Shown piece by piece: positions 39,882-51,457 of a stretch of DNA of 64,000 nt (the stretch's first letter is position 1; every line of letters begins with the position of its first letter). Under the pieces are notes generated by a model. That model was given only the letters and a program-made list of their open reading frames with translations, had not been told where the DNA came from and made no database searches. Both the position numbers and the translations under genes were made by a program. The DNA comes from Mytilus trossulus. Taxonomy: Eukaryota. The stretch lies in assembly GCF_036588685.1 (NCBI RefSeq), contig NC_086376.1, forward strand, positions 4,464,001 through 4,528,000, written 5' to 3'.

Positions 39882-42391
39882 ATGAATACTTTTATAACCG
39901 TTCTCCTAGTGTCCGTTGCCTTTGCAAATGCTGTACCTAGATATGGCGGCGGTAAAGGAGGTTAGTTGTTATTATTTACAAAATATGATTTTTGCTCTAT
40001 TTCTCAAAACAAAGGACCAACTTTTATATCTTTATGAAAATACTTTAGTATTGCAATTGTTTCGCTTGGATTTAGTTCTATACAAATCGGTATAAACGAA
40101 TGCGGATTTTATTTTGGGATAAGATTGCATGAAAGTGAAACATAAGTCTCTGATATAACGTCAAAATACCGATTTTTTCTTATAAAGTGAGAAATAATTT
40201 TATCATCTTGTCTGTAAAAAATAATCACAAAAAGGATAATCAAAGAAATATGGCACAGATTCGAATTACAATATCGATATAAAAAGAAAGTTAGAAAGAA
40301 AGTTTATAGAAAAATGACTGTAAATTATCTAGAAAAATGTGTTTTTCTATCATTTAATATCGTTGTATAATTATTTCAGTAGGTGGATCAATCAGTGGAT
40401 CAATTGATGGATCTATTGGCGGAAATGTTGGAGGTGGCTTCGGAAGTGGACTTTCTAGTTCTCTCAGTGGTGCTCTTAGCGGAAACTTGGGTGGTGGCAT
40501 TGGAAGCGGAATTGGCGGCGTAGGTGTATCTAACTCTCTCAATGCTGCTCTTAGTGGAAATTTGGGAGGTAGTCTAGGAGGTGGATTCGGCGGAAGTGGA
40601 CTATCTAGTTCACTCAACGCTGCTTTAAGTGGAAACTTGGCCGGAGGCATTGGAGGTGGTCTTGGAGGTAGTGGAATTTCTAATTCTCTTGCTGGTGCTC
40701 TAAGCGGTAATTTGGGAGGTAGTCTAGGAGGTGGCCTCGGTGGTAGTGGACTATCTAGTTCTCTCAATGCTGCTTTAAGCGGAAATTTGGGAGGAAGTCT
40801 CGGAAGCGGCATTGGAGGCAGTGGCATTTCAGGTTCTCTGGCTGGTGCTCTAAGCGGAAATTTGGGAGGTGGAATTAGTGGTGTTGGTGCCGGCAGATCT
40901 ATCTCCATCAGCATTAGTGCATACCTTAGATTGATTTCCCACATCTCTGCTCTTCAACAAACCATCTCTGCCAATACCTTAGCAGCAAGTTTGAGCGGTG
41001 GAATCAGTGGTGGAATCGGCGGAGGAATTGGTGGTGGAGTAGGAGGTGGATTCACTGGTGGTGCTGGATCTAACTTTGCTGGACAATTTGACGGTGGATT
41101 TGCTGGTTCTGTTGGCAGATCTGGATTCGGAACTGGAGTAGGAAGCAGCGGATTTGCCGGACAATTCGGAAGTGGATTTAGTGCACAAAGTGGAAATATC
41201 GGAGGTATTGGAGGAGCCGGTGGTTTGAGTGGAGGACTTTCCGGAGGATTAAGTGGTGGAATTTCTGGTGGACTAGGAGGTGGTATTGGAAGTGGTGCTG
41301 GAGGAATCAGCAGTGCAAGCCTTCAAGGTCAGTATTCTATGTAAAAAAGTTAAACAAATTTAAACAGGAATCCTTAAATTTTAAATTTTGCGATACTTAA
41401 TATGTATAACGGAACGATATTAGTAGGGATATATAAAAAAACATTTTATTAAGTGATGTAAATAGCATTAATCATTGAATCAATATCGACTTAAGATCGA
41501 GTACGATTTTCCTTGTTCTTTTTCCCCCGTTTTACGGGGATGGGGGTTGGGGTGCAGTTCAAACATGAGATTGCCTTGAATCGAACGCCATCGGTACTTT
41601 TATGTAGACGAACGTTAACACTGGCGTAACTAATTATGAACCTGGAATATGTAATCAATGATCTGCTGATTGCCACAGTTGTCCCATTGAGTAAAATTAC
41701 GCGTTGTTGTGATTCTATTATCCTTTTTAACTTCATCTATAATCTTTATGTCGTTTTCAGCTGCTCTTCAAGGAAGTGTAAGCAGTGGATTCGGAGGCAG
41801 ATCTGCTGGAAAAGGTAAGCCTTCAAAAAAGTCTGAAATATAACAAGATATAAGGATTTTTAAAAGTTTTTATCAGACATAGTAACATGCACAGTGTACT
41901 CGATAGTAAGGGCCAATTTACTATTATCGATTTTGTAGTCATTAAGAAAAACACGAAAGATGATAAAACCTACAATTCAAATATTAAACGGTCTTTGTTA
42001 TTTTCTCTTTAACTTTTAACTTTTTAAGAAATTTTACATATTTTCGAAGATAATGGAATGTTGTGAAATGTTGAATCAATAAACAATGGACCTGAAGACA
42101 CCTCTTCAAACAAGTTTACATAGTGCTTTGCATATGATTGTTTTGACCTTCACATATAAAAACAACCAACATAAGAAATATATAATTATTTGAAATGACA
42201 CACATAGGAGAAATACCAGAATAATAAGTAAACGTATAATTTGAAAATAAACTTTCAGGGATCAAAAAGTGATAAGTAAAGTTTTATTAAGTGTAATCTA
42301 TGTTTATTTTTGATAAAAGTGTATGCAAAATTTATGTATTTTTCAATTAGACATACTAATATATATCATTTATCTTGTAGGAGCATACTAA
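39882..42391 (+). CDS. Secreted Gly/Ser-rich structural protein, paralog C (363 aa); coding exons 39882-39960, 40380-41327, 41761-41814, 42381-42391
   Basis: Signal peptide MNTFITVLLVSVAFANA then VPRYGGGKG; about six 25-aa GGSGLSSSLNAALSGNLGGSLGGGL repeats; ISISISAYLRLISHISALQQTI motif; ends RSAGKGAY*; phase-1 introns; AATAAA at 42475. Confidence 0.9.
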
Positions 42392-44949
42392 ATAACATAT
42401 GCATATTTATTTGACGCCTGAAGTCGATGAACGAACAACTCCATTTCTCTTTTGTTGTATATACTTGGTATTAGAATAAACATTGTCATCAGAATCAATT
42501 TTTTTTGGTTGTTTGTTTTCCCCCTTAATACAGTAATAACAAAATACAAACCACGTCAATAACCAGCCACAATCACTTTTAATGTAAATATAACAGAATT
42601 TGATGAGACTGTCATTAAAGTGACAGGGTTAGCGCTATAGAACCAGGTTTAATCCACCATTTTCTACTTTTAAAATGCCTGTACCAAGTCAGGAATATGA
42701 CAGTTCTTGTTCATTTGTTTTTGATGCGTTTTGTTATTTGATTTTGCCATGTGACTATGGACTTTCCGAATTGATTTTCCTCTAAGTTCAGTTTTTGTGT
42801 GATTTTACTTTTTAGTCCATGTTGTTAGAGTTTCTTTGATTTTCAAAAATGATGTTTGATGAACTTTTTGTTTTTTTTCATACTTCAATTAACTGTGAAG
42901 AAATATACTCTCAATAACGAAGAGAAGATTACAATACTACCAAGGAAAAGAAGATTGAAAAACAATGAGTCTTTCAGTTTATTATGATAAGTGGCGTAAC
43001 AAATCGTTATGATCCAAAATCAGTGATCACTTTTGATTAAGACATTTTAAGTTCTGAATAAAACATTGCACTTGTGTACATATAATATACCGTATATGTT
43101 GACGTTTCCTCGTACATTTTGACAAACTCTCACGATTCAACCGGATTTGTAAAAATTGGAACGAAAGAGACAAAGCACCCAAAACTATCAAGATTTTTTC
43201 CGAGCACAAAAACCGTACAGACTTGTTATTGATAACTGTTTTTTCCTCTGACCCAAGCTCTTTACAAAGTTGCAGTCTGATGTCTGATCGAAATCTAATG
43301 TTTTACATTTCCAAACTTATTCGGTTCTAAATAGCTTGTACCAAGTTTTCTGACTTTGTATAACGTCACCAGTGTCTGATTACTAAGTTTGCTATTTTAT
43401 ATATTTTTTGTTATTCATCATGGATTGACAGGCATTTACATATATTTACTAGAGTGGCACTTTATAAAACAAGCGAGATAAATAAGCATAGTCAAGCAAA
43501 TGAAAGAAAAAAAGAAAATATGGTTTTTATAAAACGATACAATATATAGGTAAATATATATATGGACGAAGTAAACCATTTTCATTAAATAATATAGTTA
43601 ATAATTGTAATTACATTCCGTGCACATTTATACATTACAATTCACTATTGAATTTATTAATAACTAATCCCAGGAGTTCCAGTAAATGTTATTATCTTTT
43701 GCACTCATGTTTATCTATCTCTGATATAGTTTATAACATCTATACGATAGTTTTCCTGTTGCATCGTGAATCTGTAGATGAAATGTATTGCTAGTAAAAT
43801 GACTTTATATTTTTTCAAATTTAATTTATAGTTATCATAAAAACCAAACATGTCTATATTTACAATTAGTGGTATTTCAATATGTATTGCTTAAAAAATC
43901 TAAGCATTTAGATGGTGTCAGATGTCTGCTACAATATGTCAGACCCACAATGAATGTTCTATGTTTTCTGGTTTTTCCTTGCAAAATGTATATAAATTGC
44001 ACTGTACACGGTTTATTTTTAAAAGTAAAGTATAAGTACCTACAATACGATGAATAATTCGGTATTGAAACTATCAGAGCTGGGTATTTTTGAAAATTTA
44101 TATCACAATTATGTATTTTTTCAAATCTCCTCATATTTGATTAAATATACTCTCCCATTTCGCTCAGCTGCAATCACAACTGGTATCGTTCCTCGGTTTA
44201 AAGTATTATACATATCTTTTGAACCAATGTTTGACTTGAAATGTTTTTTAAATATTCATAGGTAGCAAAGCGTGTTGTTTTTTCCCTTTCAGCGTTGATT
44301 CCTATAGATTGTAATCATTCTTTAATGTTATTTTAATCCCATAAAATTGTAAAAGTGTGTGTTTAAAAGTATATAACCGTTTAAAATTTTGAAAAAACAA
44401 TACATTTTCTTGCTCATCTAGGCGGTCATTCACAGGCCATAACCCATTTTAGTGCCCATGTTCTATAATAAACACAGACAATATCAATTTTAATGTTCCC
44501 ATTATTCTATATAAATGAATATATGACTTCCACAAAATTGAAAGGACATTTCGCAGTCTTGACATATTTTTCAAGTCACAAAAGACTTCTTTGCAAAAAA
44601 CGTTATCTTATTTTTCAGTTGTTCCAAAATCAGTCAAATCTGTTATTGTTTTTATGTGTAGCAGTAAATCATTTAATCACTTTGAATTTGAATAAAATAA
44701 TCTTCTAACCCAAGTCAAGTTAAGCCCGTGTATAAAATGTCTCAAACGAATCATTTTGAAGCCATTGTTATTGAATCTTATGCAATTTGATTGGATTAAG
44801 TTGTTATTCGCTTATACATTTATGCTTTTCATACATGACTATTGTTTAAATCAGAACGTGCATGAACGTGTAAAATAACTTAAATGACATTAAAACTGGA
44901 CACTGAACGGGTCAATATTTTTTTATCAATAAAAGTAAAGGTACGAAAG

Positions 44950-46845
44950 GTATCACAATTGATACATTATTCACGTGCTTGTTCACACTATACGGACTTC
45001 ATATACAGGAGTGTGCTCCTTACGCAGAAACTGCTCCAACAAAGTTATGAGGAGGACAGATTAAAATTGACACTCCGTAAATTTTATGGACACCATCACG
45101 AATTGGTGGATCCATATGATGTCTCTTTAACCAAACTAGCTAAGGACATTTTTACCACATGGTAGATTGTGGTTTGTCATTATGTCGTCTAATCTTTTTA
45201 TTACCAAACGTGACTTATTCCCGATTGTGACTGTTTTGCTGAATGTGAATTCGCATTACTATAAGACGTGTTTCTGTACTTGTTTATCCCAAATTCATAT
45301 ATTTAGTTTACATGTTTAATGTTATATTTGTAATTCTCATCGGATTTTGTCAAATGTGTTGACGTCTTTTTATTATATTTAGGTGTTGCGGATAGAAAAA
45401 TTAATCACCGCCTTTATTAATTATATTAAATTTTGAACAATTATTTACGTTTGAAGGTGGATTCATAACAAACTGGACATATATATATATTACAGTTAAT
45501 TGCTATTAATAAGTATTGCAATATGCATTTTGTTTAAATGAATTATCAGTATTTAGTTCTAATATAATCTTAAATCAATCCTAATTCTATCTCACTTTGA
45601 TAGTTTTTCATATGTGACGTCATGCTGTTTCTAAATTTCATAAATTCCAATGTGGCATAACGTTTGTGCCGTTTCGCCATCGTATGTGACGTCACATTTT
45701 TTTAATTACGTTGACGCCTGAACTGATTCGGATGTGTCTATTCTGTGTTAAACTTTAATAGCATTATGTATTCGGGTTCAGTTTTCTGTAATTAGTTACT
45801 ACTTCAGTTTCATTATGTAATCTCTTTCATATTCATTTGTTAAAATTTACTGTTTGCAATAGCATGAATTGTTCTATATAATAAGGATGTTCTTATCCCG
45901 GGCATAAAAACAATGCCGTATTTGGCAAAACCTTTTCAACTTTAGATCTTCAGTGCTGTACAACTTTGTACCTTTTTCACTTTCGATCTTTTATATCTTG
46001 GCGTTATGTATTCGGGTTTAGTTTTCTGTAATTAGTTAATACGTCAGTTTCTTAATGTTAACTCTTTCATATACATTTGATAAAATTTACTGTTTGCAAT
46101 AGCATGAATTGTTCTATATAATAAGAATGTTCTTATCCCGGGCATAAAAACAATGCCGTATTTGGCAAAACCTTTTCAACTTTTGATCTTCAGTGCTGTA
46201 CAACTTTGTACTTTTTTCACTTTCGATCTTTTATATCTGGGCGTCACTGTTGATTTTTGTGTGGACAAGGCGCGTTTTTGGCGTATTGAATTTTAAACCT
46301 GATGCTTTTTGTTATCTATTAATCATGTTTTTCTTTGTCTAATATGTTCTCCTATTTATTTGTATTGTAGTCCTGTAATATTATGTTGTCATCTCAATGT
46401 TATATTTAACTTTGCCATTAAAGTGCGAGGTTTGGCATGCCACAAAACCAGGTTCAACCCACCACTTGTATTCCCCTTTAAAAGTGTCCTGTACCAAGTC
46501 AGGAAGATGGCCATTGTTATATTATTGTTCGTTTATGTGTGTGTTGCATGTTAACGTTTAGTCGTTTGTGTTTTCTCTTATTTTTGAGATATTGAGATAA
46601 GACGTGGCACGGTACTTGTCTATCCCAAATTCATGTATTTGGTTTTTATGTGATATTTGTTATTCTCGTGGTGTTTTGTCTGATGCTTGGTCCGTTTCTG
46701 TGTGTGTTACGTTTCGGTGTTATGTCGTTGTTCTCCTCTTATATTTAATGCGTTTCCCTCGGTTTTAATTTGTTACCCCGATTTAGTTTTTTGTCCATGG
46801 ATTTATGAGTTTTGAACAGCGGTATACTACTGTTGCCTTTATTTA
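44950..46845 (+). mobile_element. Penelope-like element 3' fragment with long 3' non-coding region (includes a 240-bp tandem duplication and a decayed hammerhead-like motif)
   Basis: SQLIHYSRACSHYTDF...KLLQQSYEEDRLKLTLRKFYGHHHELVDPY; direct repeat 45764-46003 / 46004-46243; gcgtcactgttga...ggacaaggcgcg..tggcgt at about 46240-46285. Confidence 0.7.
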
Positions 46846-47054
46846 TGAATCGCCACTCCTTCTATTTTCACAACATTTTACGAATATACAGTAGATATTA
46901 TTTCTCATAAGACTATTGAGAAGAAAAAAGAGAAAGAATACGCATAAGAACTTTTATTTTATTAAAAAAGTCATTTTGAAGAGAAATTCCGAAACATATT
47001 TTACGCACGGCCCCGCAGGTAAAATGATTGTTTATCTTAATATAAAACGCATCA

Positions 47055-47880
47055 GTCTCACAAACTAGTCAACACATTTACTCAATTTTATCATCGGTAT
47101 AAGGACTTCATTCGTAAATATAGCTCCACATGCAGACTTCTTATACGTTTAGGTATTTCACATCCAATATTTTATGGAAATATTCTTTATGAAGCACAAA
47201 AATTTTAGTATTCACATCAGAAGATAACAAAACCTTTAAATAGACTTCTTAAGTAGGGATATAGTTACGATATTAATGATTATCGGTCATTAACGATTGC
47301 ATATTTTGGCGTTTATATTGTTTTATTTATAGGGTCTTTACATCGGAACTAAACACATTTATTTAAAAACCAGTTGTTGGCATGACACGGGTTATGTTCT
47401 TCTCATATATGGTTTGATAGTATGATACTCAACCCCTCACGGGGAGTATTATGCCTGATATTCATATGATGAAGACATATTTTTAAATTAGTTTAATCGA
47501 ATTCTGGAGCTGTCATATCAGTTAACTGCTAGAAGTCTGATGTTATTAATATATTATTGTTATTTTGTTTATTTTCATTGGTTACACATTCTGACATCAG
47601 ACTCGGACTTCTCTTGAACCGAATTTTCATGTGCGTATTGTTATGCGTTTACCTTTCTGCATTGGCTAGATGTATAGGGGAGGGTTGAGATCTCATAAAC
47701 ATGTTTAACCCCGCCTGTCCCAAGTCAGGAGCCTCTGGCCTTTGTTAGTCTTGTATCATTTTAACTTTTAGTTTCTTGTGTACACTTTGGAGTTAAGTAT
47801 GGCGTTCACTATCACTGAACTAGTATATATTTGTTAAGGGGCCAGCCGAAGGACGCCTCCGGGTGCGATAATTTCTCGCT
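47055..47880 (+). mobile_element. Second copy of the PLE family seen at 35350-36200
   Basis: cacaaactagtcaacacatttact...aattttatcatcggtataag...catgacacgggttatgttc...ccaagtcaggagcctctggcc is colinear with 35487-36200. Confidence 0.85.
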
Positions 47881-47899
47881 ATTTATTTTCAAAAATTCA

Positions 47900-50510
47900 A
47901 CATGAAAATCTCCGATAGATGATTTCTCATGGTCCTAAGTTTAGAGAACCCCAATACATCAATTGGAACCATAACTTCAAAATAATTATGGATTTCATTG
48001 AGGACTACGCCAGGGCATGGGCTAAGCGAGAAGAAGTTGAACTGGACACTTTGTCAGAATGGGTTAAAACAATCAGGTCTCTGATAAAACATCGAATTCA
48101 CAAGTTGAAAAACTGTGTGAACGATCGACCAAAGTCCGTTTTCAGAGACAAAGAGGCCATGAAATGTCTATCAAATCTTCATGATAAGTATGTTGTTGTT
48201 CCTGCGGACAAAGCTTCAAATAATATTGTCTTTGTATGTAAATCGTATTACTACGAATGTTTTTTAAAAGAATTGGGTATAAAGGAGCACTCAGGTAATC
48301 CCACATACAAAGACATATCATTTGACAAGGATGAGATTTTGGCAAATCATAAGTCCTTCATGGCTTCAATAAACATTACATTGAACACCAAATCAGAGGA
48401 CTTACCTTGTTTGTATTGGATACCAAAGCTTCATAAAATTCCGTACAAACAACGGTATATTGCTTGCTCATCTTCATGTTCCACTAAAGAATTGCCGATT
48501 AGATTGACTAAAATTCTGTTCGCAGTGAAAGAGGGTCTTCAGAAATACTGTGAAACTGTTTACTCGCGTAGTGGTATAAACCATATGTGGATTCTTAAAA
48601 ATTCTAAAGAACTTCTAGACATGTTTAAATCTCTTTCTTTTTCTGAAATTAGTTCCATCAAAACTTTAGATTTTCCAACCCTGTATACCACCACTCCCCA
48701 TGTGAAATTGAACAATTGCCTAAAAGAAATAATCCACAATGCCTTTCAACCTAAAGATGGTAGCATACGCTATAAATTTATTACTTTAGAATTTCATAAG
48801 GCATATTTCGTTAATAATGACAAACAAAAAGGTAAAATATACTACACAGAAGAACAAGTGATCAGTATGCTGGAGTGTCTCATCGACAACATATTTGTTG
48901 AGTTTGGGAACAAACTGTGCGCCTCTTCTTGCCGACCTCTTCTTATTTTCATATGAATCGGAGTTCCTCCAGACACTTGTCAAAAACAAGAGGATCAAAG
49001 AAGCCAGATTATTTAATTTCACTTTCAGATATATTGATGATGTTCTTTCCATAAACAATCCGAACTTTTCTGATTGGGTTCCATTAATATTTCTCACAGA
49101 ACTACTGATTAAAGAAACAACAGACACGGCTTCCTCCGCCCCATTTTTAGACTTATATCTCGAATTTGACTTACACAGTCATCTCAGTACCAGAATTTAT
49201 GACAAACGAGACGATTTTAATTTTAAAATTATAAATTTCCCCCACCTTAGTAGCAATATACCAACTTCACTTGCATATGGGATATATATATTTCCCAACT
49301 TATTCGATATTCAAGAGCTTGCAGCTCCTACTTAGACTTTGTAAAACGTCATCAGTGCCTGAGTAGAAAGTTGATGAACCAGGGGTATGTCAAAGAACGT
49401 CTTGTCCTTTTCCTAAAATCGGAAGGTACCAAGACCTTATTAATCAATATTCCATATCAACTTCTCAAATAATACACGATGGTCTTGATGTATAAATTCT
49501 GCGTACTGATGTTGTATATCATCTTAACAACGTTTTGTTGTTCTTTCGTTTGTCTTTGTTCTATTATTAATATTACTTTTACTGTTGAATGGTTTTATGT
49601 GATATCCGTTTGACGTGGCTCGGTACTTATACATCTCGTCAACGTGTTTGTATTGGCTTTCATTTTTTAGTGGTTTGTTTTGTATATGCTACTTTTTGTA
49701 TTTCTTTTGTTCTTATAACGTGACTCTGTACTTTAAAAGATCCCGTCAGTATGATATTGTTCTATTATATGTCATGGTATATTTCTATTATGAAGTACTA
49801 TATACGTTGAACCACAAACGTCAAAAGCATTCAATCGCGTAGTGGAATCAACTGTTTTTGGATTCTTATAAATTCTACATATAACTTTTGGACTAGTTTA
49901 AATCTCGGTCTATTTCTGAAATTTATTCTTACATACTTTTGATTTTTTAACCTTGAATATTGCCTATGTAAGTTTTAAAATTGATTGTATGCACATTGAA
50001 CATTTATATGACGTATAAAAATTTCTGACGTCAGACACTCAAATCAATCAATGTATTCGTAGATAGTAGATGTGTTTGTGTTCTGTTAAATTGTTCCTTT
50101 TAAAATTGTTATACGATGATGACTGATGTACCCATATTTATACTATTTTATTAATTGTGTCTGTTTAATTAACGCATCAATGTAAATATAACGGAATTTG
50201 ATGAGACTGTCATTAAAGTAAGAGGGTTAGCGCTTTGAATCAGGTTTAATACACCATTTTCTACATTTGAAAATGCCGGTACCAAGTCAGGAATATGACA
50301 GTTTTTGTCCATTCGTTTTTGATGCGTTTTGTCAGTTGATTTTTCCATGTGATTATGGACTTTCCGAATTGATTTTCCTCTAAGTTCAGTATTTTTGTGC
50401 TTTTACATTTTTCTACATGGAAGACCTGTTGGTAACCTCCTGCTGTTGTTTTTTCTATGGTTGGGTTGTTGTCTCTTTGACACATTTCCCATTTCCATTT
50501 TCATTTTTAT
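47900..50510 (+). mobile_element. Penelope-like retrotransposon, 5'-truncated reverse-transcriptase pseudogene plus 3' region
   Basis: Motifs GPKFREP, VVPADKASNN, YWIPKLHK, MWILKNS, TLDFPTLYT, GTNCAPLLADLFL, FRYIDDVLSINN, YDKRDDFNF, SNIP..AYGIY. Frameshifting deletion at about 48907 removes the QxxGxPM part of RT motif B; further frameshifts near 49290. No endonuclease is visible after the RT. Confidence 0.9.
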
Positions 50511-50892
50511 GAAAACTTACAAATGCAAATGTTGATCAAATCGTTCTAAGAGAATACATGAAAGATATAACGAAAACAGATCAACGAAATTAAATCCATT
50601 ACTACAACCACTTAAAAGAAGTGTACCCGATTAAATTAATAAAATCTTATTACATAAAACTTTGAACAGTTTTATTTCAAGAATTGAAATACAACTGTTT
50701 AAAGTTTTATGCAATAAGCATAATCACAAAATGACGAAATCAAAAAATGTAAACATTTCGGAATTGAAATGGCGACTTACTCATTGACAAGTAAAAGACC
50801 GGCAGATCGTGAACTATTCCCTTTATATACGACGACGACCATTCGCTATTACACATCAATTTGAAAAAACATCGCATTACAATGAATAAATG

Positions 50893-51181
50893 ACCATATT
50901 ACGTAATATTTTATAGTATTGTTTTAGGAAATGTGCGAAATGGCAAATAAAACTGTCTGATTCATATTTATCAATAAATTGTCATGTAAGCAGAAGTAAA
51001 TTTAAATTGTGGTTTTTAAAATAACGTTAAACATTAGTTTTGAAACTAAGTGTTATGAATATAAAATGACTAGTGTGCTGAACATCAAACTTTACTAGAA
51101 AAAAATTAAATTATCTACATCAGGGTCAACACTAATGTGCAGGCAAGAATGCGGAAAGCATGTTTACACAGATGTATAAAA
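50893..51181 (+). promoter_or_regulatory. Conserved promoter module of gene D
   Basis: GACC-N2-ATTACGTAA (50893-50906), TGTGGT (about 51008), GGGTCA (51123), CGGAAAGCA (51152), TATAAAA (51175); exon 1 donor at 51245. Confidence 0.7.
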
Positions 51182-51457
51182 GAGAATAATTGCTGATTAT
51201 TTATACATAGATACCATTGATATCACCGAGAGACAGAACACCAGGTATAACACTTTCAAATTAATAATAATAAGCTCAAGTAAATATCTTTAAACAATGC
51301 TTCACATTTATAAACATTTAGGACATATAATAAGACTGGTTATATATCTCAACATTATTATTCATAATTATTTCCTATGCGTCTTGAATAAGATTTAATA
51401 ACAAAAAGTATTTATGTATAAATGTTTATTAATATCTTGTAATCTTTTACAGTCAGG

